From: the human T2T-CHM13v2.0 reference genome, Homo sapiens
Length of the DNA stretch: 64,000 bases
Assembly: GCF_009914755.1 (NCBI RefSeq)
Contig: NC_060927.1
Reading direction: 5' to 3' (one strand)
Each line of letters begins with the position of its first letter. Position 1 is the first letter of the stretch. The translations under genes and the position numbers were made by a program. The notes under the pieces are model-generated. The model did not search any database, was not told the DNA's origin, and saw nothing but the letters and a program-made list of their open reading frames with translations. Shown piece by piece: positions 1-11,879 of the stretch.

Positions 1-1319
1 GGACAGTCATTAAATCTAAATGCTCCAAAATAATCTCCTCTGACACCATGTCTCACATTCACAGCATGCTGATGCAAGAGCTGAGTTCAAAAGGCCTTGG
101 GAAGCTCTTCCCTGTGGCTCTGCAGGCTACAGCTCTTGCAGCTTCTTTCACAGGCTGACATTGACTGTGGCTTTTCCAGGTGCACGGTGCAAGCTGTTAG
201 TGGATCTACCATTCTGGGGTCCAGAGGATGGTGCTGCTTTTCTCACAGCTCCACTAGGCAGTGCCACAGTAGGTATTCTGTGTGGGAGCTGCAACCCCAC
301 ATTTCCCCTCTGCATTGCCCTAGTAGAGGTTTTCCATGAGGGTTCCACTCCTGTAGAAACTTCTGCCTGGACATCAAGTGTTTTCATACATACTCTGAAA
401 TCTAGGTGGAGGCTCCAAAGCTCAACTCTTGTCTTCTTCACACCCACAGGCCCAATACCTCAGGGAAGCCACCAAGGCTTGGGGCTTGCACCCTCTGAAG
501 CCATGGGCTAACCTGTACCTTGGCCCGGTTTAAACACAGCTGGAGTTGTAGTGGCTTAGACAAAGGGCACTAAGTCCTGAGGCTGCACAGAGCAGGGGGG
601 CCCTGGGCCTGGCCCATGAAATCACTGATTTCTCCTGGGTCTCTGGGCCTATGATGGAAGAGATTGCCCCAAAGGTTTCTGTCATGCCCTAGAGACATTT
701 CCCCCATTATCTTTATTATTCATGTTTGGCTCCTCATTACTTATACAAATTTCTGCAGCAGGTTTAAATTCCTCCCCAGCAACTGGGATTTTATTTTCTA
801 CCACATGGTCTGGCTGCAAATTTGTGAAACTTTTATGCTCTGCTTCCCTTTTAAATACAAATTTCAATTTCAAGTCATCTCTTTATGAACACATATATCT
901 ATACACTTTTAGAACAATCCAGATCACCTCTTGAATGCTTTAATCCTTAGACATTTCTCCTGCCAGATACCCTAAATCATGTCTCTTAAATTCAAAATTT
1001 CATAGATCTCTAGGACAGGACCAAAATGCCACTAGTCTCTTTGCTAAAACATAGTGTGAGTGATCTTTGCTCGATTTTCCAACAAGTTCCTTATCTCCAT
1101 CTGAAGCCACCTCAGCCTTGATGTCACTTTCCATATCACTATTATCATTTTGGTCAAAACCATTCAACAAGTCTCTAGGAAGTTGCAAACTTTTCCTCAT
1201 TTTCCTGTCTTAAGTCCTGCTAACTGTTCCAACCTCTGCCATTTACCCAGTTCCAAAATTACTTCCATATTTTCAAGTTATCTTTATAGCAGTAACCCAC
1301 TCTGTTGGTACGAATTATC
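1..1319 (-). mobile_element. MaLR internal region (MST/THE1-int), runs off the window start
   Basis: The minus strand from 1319 reads gataattcgtaccaacagagtgggg...ttggaactgggtaaatggcagaggttggaacag, the typical start of THE1/MST-int. ORF 1000..1200 (LQLPRDLLNGFDQN...) is the degenerate MaLR ORF. Confidence 0.9.
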
Positions 1320-1683
1320 TGTATTAGTCCATTCTCACAGCACTATAAAGATAATACCTGAGACCGGGTAATATATAAAGAAAGGATGTACAACTGACCC
1401 ACAATTTCACATGGCTAGGGAGACCTCAGGAAATTTAGGATTCTAACAGAAGGTGAAGGGAAGCAAGGCAGGTCTTACAAGGCAGGAGGAGAGAGAGAGA
1501 GAATAAGGAAGTGCCACACTTGAAAACCATCACCTCTGATGAGAACTCACTCACTATAATGAAAAGAGCATGGAGAAAATTGTCCCCATGATTCAACTGC
1601 TTCCTTCCTGGTTCCTCCTTCAACACAGGTGAATTAAAATTTAAGATGAGATTTGGTTGGAGACACAGAGCTAAAATGTATCA
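1320..1683 (-). mobile_element. MSTA/THE1-type MaLR LTR (5' LTR of the element at left)
   Basis: tgtattagtccattctc...gagctaaaatgtatca is the reverse complement of an MST/THE1 LTR with TG...CA ends, and it abuts the internal region. Confidence 0.88.
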
Positions 1684-2058
1684 GCTATGGAATATTTTCA
1701 TATATGGTTCAGTGTCTACTGATTTGAGACAAGTTATTTAAGAACTTGTTTTAAGAGTACTGATAAGCCAATCAGACAAAAACTTGTTAAAGTGGAGCAT
1801 TTTTGGGGGGGGTGATAGAACAATGTTCAAAGACAGAAAAGTATAAAAATGAAGGTTATTTAAAATAGAATAATATGCCTGAAACACAGAAAAAGAATGA
1901 AAGTGGTAAGAATGAACATTGGGAAAGCAGGCAGAAACATCTTGAAGGATTTTATATGATATACTAAAACATTTGAACTTCATCAAGAAGGTAATGGAAA
2001 ATTTTAAGTAGAAAAAAGACAGTAATTTTTTAGGCAACCTGAATTCACTTTTGGACAC

Positions 2059-2385
2059 GGATATGGTTTGGTTCTGTGTCCCCACCCAAATCTCATGTCA
2101 AATTGTAATCTCCACATGTTGAAGGAGGGATCTGGTGGGAGGTGATTGGATCATGGGGGTGGAGAGTGAGTGAGTTCTCACGGTATCTGATGGTTTAAAA
2201 GTGTGGCACTTCCCCCCAAATTCTCTCTCTCTCTCTTGCCTTGCCATGACATGCTTGCTTCCTCTTCACCTTCTGCCATGATTGTAAATTTCCTGAGGCC
2301 TCCCAGTCACAATTAAACATCTGTTCTTCATAAATTACCCAGTATCAGGTGGTTATTTATAGCAGGGTGAGAACAGACTAATACA
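2059..2385 (+). mobile_element. MSTA-like solo LTR
   Basis: Begins gatatggtttggttctgtgtccccacccaaatctcatg and ends gaacagactaataca. Confidence 0.88.
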
Positions 2386-2790
2386 CACCCGTATGCAGAA
2401 GATCTATATACAGCTACTCAATAAAGAGTTTGAGCAGTCTGTAATACGTTGGGTGCGATTGAAGACATGATACTGGAAAAAATTACTCAAGAAAAGATTC
2501 TAGAGTAAGAACAGAAAAACAAACGTGAAACCCTGAAGAACTACAATACTGAAATACACAGAGCAGGAGAATGCAAAGGTGAATGAGAACAGATATTCAA
2601 AATGGTACAGGAAAAAACAAGAGAGAATTGTTTTATAATAATATGGAAAAAGAGGTTGATGAATTATGTCAAATGCTGAAGAGAGGTAAGTTAAGCAAGA
2701 ACTAAGAAAAAGTCACTTCTAGAAAAAAAAATGCCAAAGTATGACGTTGAGTTAAAAATATAAAACAATAATTGTGTATACATAGGGTAC

Positions 2791-3148
2791 TGCTATGTAT
2801 TGAAAGTCTGTGTCCCTCCAAAATTTCTATGTTAAATCCTAAATCCCCCAGATGATGGTATTTGTTGGTGTGTGCTTGGGAAGTGATTGGGTCACCAGGG
2901 TAGAGCCCTCATGAATGTTATTAGTGTCATTATAGAGACACAGAAGAGGATGGTCTCTTCTCTCTCCTCCCCTATAAGGATAGGAATCGAGGGCCATCTG
3001 CAGGCCAGGAAGAGTACCCTGCCCAGACGTATCTGCTGGCAACTTGATCATTCACTTCCCAGTCTCCTTAATTGTAAGGGCAAAAACAATTCTCTTGTTT
3101 CAGCCACCCAGTGGATGGTATTCCATTATAGCAGCCTAAACTAAGACT
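2791..3148 (+). mobile_element. MLT1A/MSTD-like solo LTR
   Basis: tgctatg...gtgtccctccaaaatt...gagccctcatgaatg...atagcagcctaaactaagac matches the ends and core of a MaLR LTR. Confidence 0.8.
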
Positions 3149-3164
3149 GTTACAATTCCCGTTT

Positions 3165-3232
3165 CTTAAAAAAAATATATATATAAATAAAAATAAAAAT
3201 AAAAATAAATAAATAAATATATATATATATCT
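3165..3232. repeat. A/T simple repeats (TA)n, (TAAAA)n, (TAAA)n
   Basis: Directly visible in the sequence. Confidence 0.9.
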
Positions 3233-3809
3233 GTATAAACAAACTCGATGACCTGGAAAGAAATACCACACCATATTAATACCTATGTGCAGACTATTTT
3301 ATTTTTCAAAATTGTATACATTTCCCAAAACATTATTTTAGAAGGAAAAAAGAATTCATTAAATTTTCTACTTAAGGAGGCAGTATGTAAAATTGGAAAG
3401 AGCATTTAGTTTAGAATCAAACTTGCCTAAGCCCCAATACCACCTCTTCTGTTTATTAATCTTCTAGTGTTTAAAGCCAGTTGCAAAAGTATAGCAAATT
3501 ATAGAATAGTTATATCTTTTTTCATGAAATAGAAATTTCTTCTTATCATAATATTAATATAAATTGATATGTAGATTTTTAAAATTATTTTCTTTCTCTA
3601 TTTTGTTCCATTGCACCATTGTGTAATTCTGAGCAAATAACAAATAATCAATTTAAAACTAAGCGTTAAATGAGCTTAATAAAATATTAGGGATAAATCA
3701 GCATCTCAATTAGTTTCTCACACTGTACGTTAACAAAAATGTACTGTGTATCATCATCATGTTCTCTTTAAGCAAAGTCAATATTTTGACTTTACTAAGA
3801 AGTCATTAG

Positions 3810-4040
3810 AGAAAATTATTAAAAAGTTATAGAAAAAATTAGAAATTATTTAAAAATAGAAAAATGTAATAGATTCCTATATTTCAAATAAAATTATTAA
3901 AAATTTAGAAAATTTATATTTATAAATTATACCAAATTATAGAAAAACATAGAATTGTAAAAAGTATAGACATTTTAATAAAATTATAGAAAATATAATT
4001 ATAAAAATTACAGAAAATTTTTAAATTATTAAAAAAATTG
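3810..4040. repeat. Degenerate AT-rich repeat (aaaattatagaaaa-like units)
   Basis: Many imperfect copies of aaattatagaaa / aaattattaaaa. Confidence 0.7.
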
Positions 4041-4493
4041 TTGGGGATGGCATTGGCTTGAATAATTATATTTGCAAGTGAATAAAAATGAAGCTGAGGT
4101 CTTAAGCCTTCAGGAAATTGTGATATGTTCAGTTTTTGGTCCTGAGAGTAAAGTTGTGAGTAGCATAGCATAGCCAATAGCAGGAAATCTAAAGGAAATC
4201 AAAGCTGCTGCCATGTACCACAATAGGCATAATTAAAGGAGAAAAGATAATGAACAAGTAAGTAATTTCAATAAGAGGCAAAAATATTGAGAAAATATTT
4301 TGAAGAAGTATTTTCAATAAGAGGCAAAAATAAAGAGATGACCATTGGTTTAAAGCTCTTTAAAACCCACTTCCACAACCAAGCCTCCTCTTTTCTTCCT
4401 TCCTCTCAACTTCTTGCCTTCTTCCCTTTTCATTCTCCCTTCTCTCGTCTCTAGATCTATCTACCAATCATCTGCCTAATTTGCCTAATTTGC

Positions 4494-4792
4494 TTTTTTT
4501 TCTTTTTTTTTTTCAAGACAGAGTCTCCCTCTGTTGTTTAGGCTAGAGTGGAATGTCACAGTCTTGCCTCACTACAACCTCTGCCTCCCAAGTTAAAGTG
4601 ATTCTCGTGCCTCAGCCTTCCAAGTAGCTGAGATTACAGGCATGCGCCACCAGGCCCGGCTATTTTTTGTATTTTTAGTAGAGACTGGGTTTCACCATGT
4701 TGGCCAGGCTGGTCTTGAACTCCTGGACTCAAGTGATCAACCCACGGCCTCTCAAAGTGCTGGGTTATAGTCATGAGCCCCTGTGTCCAGCC
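4494..4792 (-). mobile_element. Alu (old AluS/J)
   Basis: Poly-T followed by the reverse-complement Alu dimer. Flanked by the TSD atctgcctaattt (4470-4482 and 4793-4805). Confidence 0.95.
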
Positions 4793-5687
4793 ATCTGCCT
4801 AATTTCTATCTATCTGTCCCTCAACTTTTGGACTACATTTCTGTGTCATAAAATTACTTCCAGAGGTATCTTTGTTAACAACATTGCTATTTCCTAATGT
4901 TCTTACATGCACATCTTTCTGGGTGAACGGTCACAAAATTAAGAACTTGAGCAGTCCTAACCTGAGTTACTGAGGTTGCATATGCGCTACTTAGGCCAAT
5001 AACTACAAATGGAAGCCTGGATCTATCTCAGCCTCTCCATTGCTTGCTGCTAAAGAGAGTAATGCTTATAAATTGCATAACACTTAGGAATGTTGTAGCT
5101 TTATATTTCAGAGGTATATTCAGAATTTATTTTGAATTCTGAATCACAATTTTAAGAGTTTGATTTTTGATATGGGAGAAAAGATGTTGGGCCAAAACAC
5201 AGAAATACTGCATCTTTTCTATTACATTATATCTGAAGATGGAAACTTCTTCCTTGTGGAAAACTTGAACAAATATACAAGAGAAAGATAAACAACCTCA
5301 ACACCCAGCACCCATAATCAGATTATAGTTCAATGAAAGACTGTAGAGATGAACAAAGAAATTAACAAGGAGTCAATAAATTTCAGAATCTAGGGAAAAA
5401 CCAGAAACCAAAAAGTGTTGACAATTAGGTAATATTTTAGATTCAGAAATCCTGTCCAAGCCTAAATTCACTAAAGACTTTTTCATCTAAAGGTACTTTG
5501 GGAGATGTACTTCTGTGCAATGCCTTTTTCTTTGCCACATTTTGGAAGCATTATTTAGCTCTCTAATTAATTTACAAAAGAATGCAACCAATTTATATTA
5601 TAATTTGCACTGATTTTTCAAGAACATATCTACTACATAGAAACGGCCAACAAGGCAATTGGCTAAAATGCACATTTTTCGGAAAAG

Positions 5688-5746
5688 TATATACACACAC
5701 ACATACATACATGTATATATAAATATATATACACACGCACACACAC
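5688..5746. repeat. (CA)/(TA) compound microsatellite
   Basis: Directly visible in the sequence. Confidence 0.9.
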
Positions 5747-6430
5747 TTGCTGACTACAAAATAAAATTGGTCATTTAACTTTTCATGAAAGTATTAATAA
5801 AAAATTGATTATTTGGAAAAACAGTTCTGGTTGGTTTTCAACACACATAGAAAATATGATTTCACTTGCATAGTGCTATGAATTTGTGGAAAATATAAAA
5901 TATGCAAAGCATATTGAATAAAGCTTTAGAATTCTGGAAAAAGTAAATTATATATTTTCTTTCCACTTCATCATTTAGAAAAGATGTTGATTGCAAATAC
6001 ACAATCTATAGCCTTTCCTACACAGTTAAGTTTCTAAAATATATTCCAGCTCCTTGAATCCAGCTAAATGTGTACAGGTACTTATCAAGTTAGGCAACCC
6101 ATTTAATTGCAGGAATTATTTTTGTTGTTCCTGCAATCAGTGTGCAATCAGCTAGGAGAGCTAAATATAACTATTGCACTCAGTCTTTTAAGTTTCTCAT
6201 TTTGGGCTTTCTTAGGTCTAACGTAGAACCAGAAAATAACATCTTTGCTAAGAAAGCACATTTAAATTAATATAATTTTAAAATATTTGTATTTCAAACA
6301 TTGATTTCCTTTAACAGTTTGAAACCCAAATTCATCATTTCTTGGGATATGTTTTCACAAAATTGCTTATATAATGAATTTATTTTATGTTAATGATAAA
6401 GACGAAAGCATGTACTTGAATCAAAAGCAA

Positions 6431-6630
6431 AATAATACCTACCATTTGAGTGCTTACAGTGAAGAGGCTTTGCATTTATTATCCTTTCACCTAAGAGCCA
6501 TAAATGGTGGCACAATTATTCTAACTCTGGAGGACCAGTGATATGAGAATAGCTAATTATACCTAAGGTCACAGAAATGGAAGAAGTAATTCTAGGTTTG
6601 GATATCAGGTTTATTTAGTTCTGAAGCTGT
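6431..6630 (-). mobile_element. MIR (degenerate)
   Basis: catttgagtgcttac...cctaaggtcacaga resembles the reverse-complement MIR core and 3' end. Confidence 0.6.
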
Positions 6631-8199
6631 AGTTAAAAAGCACAGAAATTTATTACATATCCTTTATTTTCCTTAGACAGAAAGTAATAAGGTTATAACT
6701 GAAGAGCATTGGTGAAACACTTTCCTTACATGTAATACATATATTAAGTAACTATAGAAAGAGGTCAATGAAAATCAGCACTTTTGAAATCAACTCTATA
6801 TTTGTGCTCATAGATGTCAAGTGGGTGATTACAAAAAAGTAACTGATTTAGATTTCCTGATATTAGGAACTCTGTTATACTTATTGGAAGATAAAATCAC
6901 AGGGAAGTACAGAATTTTTCTGGCATCCTTTTGTAACAAAACCTTCCAGTACTCGTTCATGAAAACAGGAGAAATTGATTTATTTCTAGCAGATTGGCTT
7001 GGTATATATAATAATACAATCTAAGCTAGGGAGTTTGATTCTTCATGTTTTAGGAATGGATTCTACACATCAACAAAGGATACAAACATGTATTAAATGC
7101 CCACTAAATGCATACAGTTTGAAAGCTACAAATGCTGATTATATGCAAATACAGGAGAGATGTGTTCATTTCACCAGGACTCCTACTTGGATTTAGGTAT
7201 GATATATACTTTAAAAATATCATATTATAAAAATAATATATAGTTTATGGGTTTTGCTAATCTAAAATAAGCTAAATCTGTTTAGCTTATTAAGCATCTC
7301 AATAAGCCTTTTCTCTTTTTGTAAACTTTGCTATTCAGTTTTCCTTTTGGACCATTAGAAAAACATGTTTTTTTAAGGAGCTTTCAAAACAAAATCTTTA
7401 AAATATAATATTAATAATTGATATCAAGTATTTTGTATGATATAAAATACTTTGTTATATATAAAATGTCTTGTCATCACAAAAAAGCAAACATGTTAAC
7501 AATGACTATTTTTCCATGATAAGGGAAACCTTGAATTTACTTCTAAAATTTGATGATGTGGGGGATAATTTAGAGATGATGTGATTTTTTACTTCATTAC
7601 ACCAAAGCAGCTGACAGTACTTTAAAAGGAGCTGTGGGAAAACAAAATGGAACTATCAAAGACAAAGTAGGGAATGTAATATATATGTAATCTATACAGA
7701 AATCAGAAAAGCTAACTGAATATACATGTAATTGAATAATTCATTAAACTGTTAAATACACTTCAAGTCAGTTAATATTAATTTAATTTTTAAAAACTAA
7801 TTTTAACCTAAAGTCATCAAGTACAACTTGTTGTAAATTCTAGGTAATTCATTATTTCAATGATTCAAAGTAGATATATTAATCGTGATTTTCAAAATTT
7901 CAGAAATCTCCTATTCATACTCTGATTAATGATTATTCTAACATACTTATTAACTATATTTACTTATTTTTAAAGAATATTAAAACATGCATAGTTATTT
8001 ACTACACATTAAGTTTCAGATAACAAATATGTATTGATATTATGACAGGACGTCAAAATAAAACATTATAGACAAGTATCCTGATGTATTTATTCAGGAT
8101 ACATTTCTTACCTACCAAAGAAAACCATATAAATGATGTGATTTCTTCTTATGTAATAGATCTTTTCAAATATGATATGTTTCTATAAAAATTCAATGT

Positions 8200-9110
8200 T
8201 GGCACCCCACTGAAGATTAAGGATGAAAGTAGGAAAGGTGATCACAATGCTTAATTTATTCATGTAAGGAAGATGAGGCCTCAAAATAATAGAGGACATG
8301 TGCAGAGTGTTATGTTCAAGAAGTCACAATAGCCATCATGACCAACAAAGCTAGAGGGATAGTCAAAGGATATTGACCCTCAGAGACCTGTTAAGATGGC
8401 TAATAGAAAGTGGTATGCCAATAGGTAAAAAGAGACAAACAATTGGGGTACTTAATATCTATAATCAAAAGAAAGCAGTAAGGTAGAAGCAGAAGGATGA
8501 AAGGATGGCCTCAATGGACATGTATGAGTCCCTCCTTGATTTTCAAATTTAAGCCAATTTACAGTTCCAAAATCCATTAGCTAAAGATGTGTCTAGGTCC
8601 CTAGGATAGAGTATCATGCCATACCACTTTAAGTATAAACTGTAAAGCTTATTCACAGACCCTTTTCAGAGGACCCTTTCCTTATGGACTTGGGGAAAGG
8701 AAATATCTGTATATTCTGAGGACTACTAAACCCAGTATGTGAGTTGACATTGGTGACTGTAGGCATAAAGTAGCACTGTGACTCCTCTGTTAGCAAGGGG
8801 ATATACATGGCTAGGGAATAAAATCGAATGCTGGCTAAATTTCAGCCTATAGTAACTTCATTGAATCTGCAGACCCTTCTATCTGTTCTTTCTCTTGCTC
8901 CGAAGTGCATAATTGAGATTGACATACTTGGAAGTTTTAATCATCTCATCAAGGCCTTGGCTTCTGGAATAAGGGATGCCACAATGGGGAATGCCAATTA
9001 GAATTCTTGAAAGTTCTTCGTCTTTGGCGAAGATAGTAAATCACAAATAATATTTTATCTAGAAGTGGAGGAATGACAATTCTTAGTACCATCCTTAAAG
9101 ACCTAGGGTT
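8200..9110 (+). mobile_element. Class III ERVL (HERV16/ERVL-E/HERVL-like) internal relic: end of gag, protease, start of RT
   Basis: Manual translation across frameshifts gives WGK..GNICIF*GLLNPVCELTL (cf. GLLDTGSELTL, protease), KCIIEIDIL (cf. ECIIGIDIL), KIVNHK*YFI (cf. KIVNQKQYRI) and STILKDL (cf. SATIKDL). Confidence 0.8.
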
Positions 9111-9324
9111 TGCAAAGGAAAGACATCCTAATATGAAAAAGACACATGTACATGCATGTTTATAGTGGCAAAATTTAAAACTGCAAAAATATGGAACTAA
9201 CTTAAATGCTCATCAGCTCGCAAGTGGATAAAGAAAATGCGCTATATGTACTGCTATATATCCGCCCAAAACTATTGAAATAAAAGAAAAAATGAAAAAA
9301 TAAATGTAAAAGTAAAATAGAAAA
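9111..9324 (+). mobile_element. Short, internally deleted L1PB-like 3' fragment with A-rich tail
   Basis: ORF2 C-terminal sequence (gaaaaagacacatgtacatgcatgtttatag...gtggataaagaaaatg) is joined to the L1PB-type end cccaaaactattgaaataaaa. Flanks are taaagacctagggtt and taaagatctaggatt (13/15 identical, probable TSD). Confidence 0.75.
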
Positions 9325-10775
9325 TAAAGATCTAGGATTCTTTTTATTTGAAATGGCTGACTAGAAGCAGTTAGTGTGTACCACTCTGACAGAAAGTAAA
9401 GTGCTGAGTAAATACTGACTCTTCAAGTGGATTGTCTAAGAAACCATGTTGAGATCCATCAAAGAAGTGAGGAGATGCATGGAGAATTAAGAAGAGTGAG
9501 GCTTAGCAGCCACCCACCTGGATGTGGTATAGACCTGGGAGAAGCTCCCTAATACAGGGAAATGGAGAGACAGTAAGAGCCCCTGGGGAATCTACATTTA
9601 CCACAGGTACTTTTGCAATCTGGGAAGCCAGAGAATCACCTGACTCCCATAGATCTCTAGAATAAAAAACAGAGCCACCTTGAGTTTTTGCAAAGACGGT
9701 GCTCAAGACCATGGGGAGCCCCACAGTCCCACAGGTTGGTGCCAGCTGCCATAATGCTGATAGAGGCTGCAATTACAGTGCTGGGGAGTGGTCAGACTGC
9801 CCTACTTCTCCTTGCTAGACAAGGCTCTGCTGGGCTTCCAGCACAGTGACCCTACCCACGCCTGAACTCTTCAGGTGGGCACAGGACTGTATTCCCCCAG
9901 AAACTTCACATACCACGGACCATGCAAACCTCCAACTCCCACCGCCCCTGGCCAGGCAAGACTTGCCAGCTTGGACTTCTAGAACAGCAACCCCACCCCT
10001 ACCTGAATGCTGTGAATGGGCAAAGCTCTGTGTTGCCCTGGGAACCACCCTGATGACAGACTGTGTAACTCCTTTTACACCCACTGTTCAGAGCCAGGTA
10101 TGCCTCATTGTTTTGAGCTTCCAGCACCTTGGCACAGCTTTGTGTTCTCACAGGAAATGTCCAGACAGTGGACGTGGAACTCCCCCAGCCTTGACTGCTT
10201 CCATTCAAGCAAGACATGCAGTTTGGCAGTACCTGAATGAGAGAGGTGTCTTCTTTATCAGAACTGAGTAGGATGTGATGCTGGGTTCATAAGCTGTCAT
10301 GGGAGCAGGGCATACTTCACTTTGCAGGGCTGATCCAAGAAGGGGGTGGTTTGTCTGCCAGCTGTGGCCTCTGCTTGAGGAAGCCCTGTGGCCTGGAACA
10401 CCTAAGAAAGGACATAGAGGCATGGACCCAGTGATCAGAAGGGCCTCCTTCAAGGCCCAAGAGTGGAACTGGTGAGAGGTCATCTTTCTTTCCCACTCCA
10501 CCGCAGAGCACTATTGTGAATGTGATAAAACACAAAAAAATGGAATAGCTATGTAAGAGCCTAAATCCTCACCATCACTCTTAAGCACCATCTACTGGAT
10601 ATCAGCCAAAATTATAACACCAAAAATATTTTTCCATTATGCAGTGTCTGTGAAACCCAAGACAAGAATTCAGATACAAATAAAAAAATTCAGGAATTGC
10701 CACCTGAAAGCATTCAGAAATGAAACTGACTATACTCAATTTACACCACAGTTAAAGGAATATCAACCCTTTCAG

Positions 10776-11814
10776 ATGAGAAAGAATCAGCACACAAATT
10801 CTAGCAATTGAAAAAGCCAAAGTGTCTCTTTACCTTCAGATGAAAACACTACTCCCCACCCCACACCCCTGCATAATTGTTCTTAACCACACTAAAATGA
10901 CTGGGATGACAGACACAGAATCAGAATCAGAATCTAGAAAGCAAGGAAGCTCATTAAGATCCAGGAGAAAAGTAAAACCTAATCCAATGAATTTAAAGAA
11001 TCCAGTAAAACAATTCAAAATATGAGAAATGAAATAACCATTTAAAGAAAGAACCAAACTGAATTCTTAAAATTGAAAAAAATCACTACAAGAATTTTAT
11101 AATATAGTTGAAAGCATTAACAGCAGAATAGACCAAAATGAGGAAGAATCTCAGAGCTTGAAGTCCAGGTCTTCAAATTAAATCAATCAGACCAAAATAA
11201 AGAATAAAAAGAATTTTTAAACATAAACAAAACCTCTGAGAAATACGGAATCATGTAAACAGACTGATTCTATAACTCACTGCCATTCCTGAAAGAAAAA
11301 GAGAGAGAGAGTAAGCAACTTGTAAAGCATATTTGAAGATGTTCATAAAAAAAACCCCTCCCCAATCTTACTAGAGGGGTTGACATATAAGGTCAAGAAA
11401 TACACATAATCCCCTTGAGATACTGTACAAAATAACCATACCCAAGGTGCATAGTCATCAGATTCACCAAGGTCAATGTGAAAAAATATATCTTAAATAC
11501 AGCCAGAGAGAAGGGTCAGGTCATTTCTAAAGGGAACCTCATCAGAATAGCAGTGAATCTCTCAGCAGAAACCTTATAAGCCAGAAAAAATTGAGGGCCT
11601 ATTTTCAGCATCCTCAAAGAATGGAAATTCTAACCAAGAATTTTTTATTCTGCCAAATAAAGCTTAATAAGTGAAGGGAAAATAAAATTCTTCTCTAACA
11701 AGCAAACACTAAGGGAATTTATTACCAACAGACCAGATTTACAAGAAATCCTCAAGGGGGTGCTAAACATGGAAATGAAAGGTCAATACCTACTACCACG
11801 AAAACACACATAAG
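10776..11814 (+). pseudogene. L1 ORF1p remnant (stops and frameshifts)
   Basis: ATG at 10776 gives MRKNQHTNSSN*KSQSVS, followed by a coiled-coil region, ctctcagcagaaacctta (LSAETL) and ttacaagaaatcctcaag (LQEILK). Confidence 0.8.
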
Positions 11815-11879
11815 CATATAGCCCACAGATAACATAAAGCAATTACACAATCAAGTCTACAAAACAACCAGCTACCAAC

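Noticed and set aside
7266-7291. 11-bp hairpin aataagctaaa-tctg-tttagcttatt (similar short ones at ~5118 and ~8076)
   Set aside because: Short and AT-rich, so expected by chance in 64 kb. Bacterial terminator logic does not apply here.
9132-9250. Idea that this fragment is the piece deleted from the adjacent L1 at ~15277
   Set aside because: Its sequence and terminal cccaaaactattgaaataaaa are L1PB-type and it has its own probable TSD, so it is a separate insertion.
9503-10535. Cluster of overlapping ORFs (up to 141 aa) in a GC-richer stretch
   Set aside because: It lies in the L1 5'UTR, where higher GC lengthens chance ORFs. There is no domain similarity and few CpGs, so it is not a CpG island.
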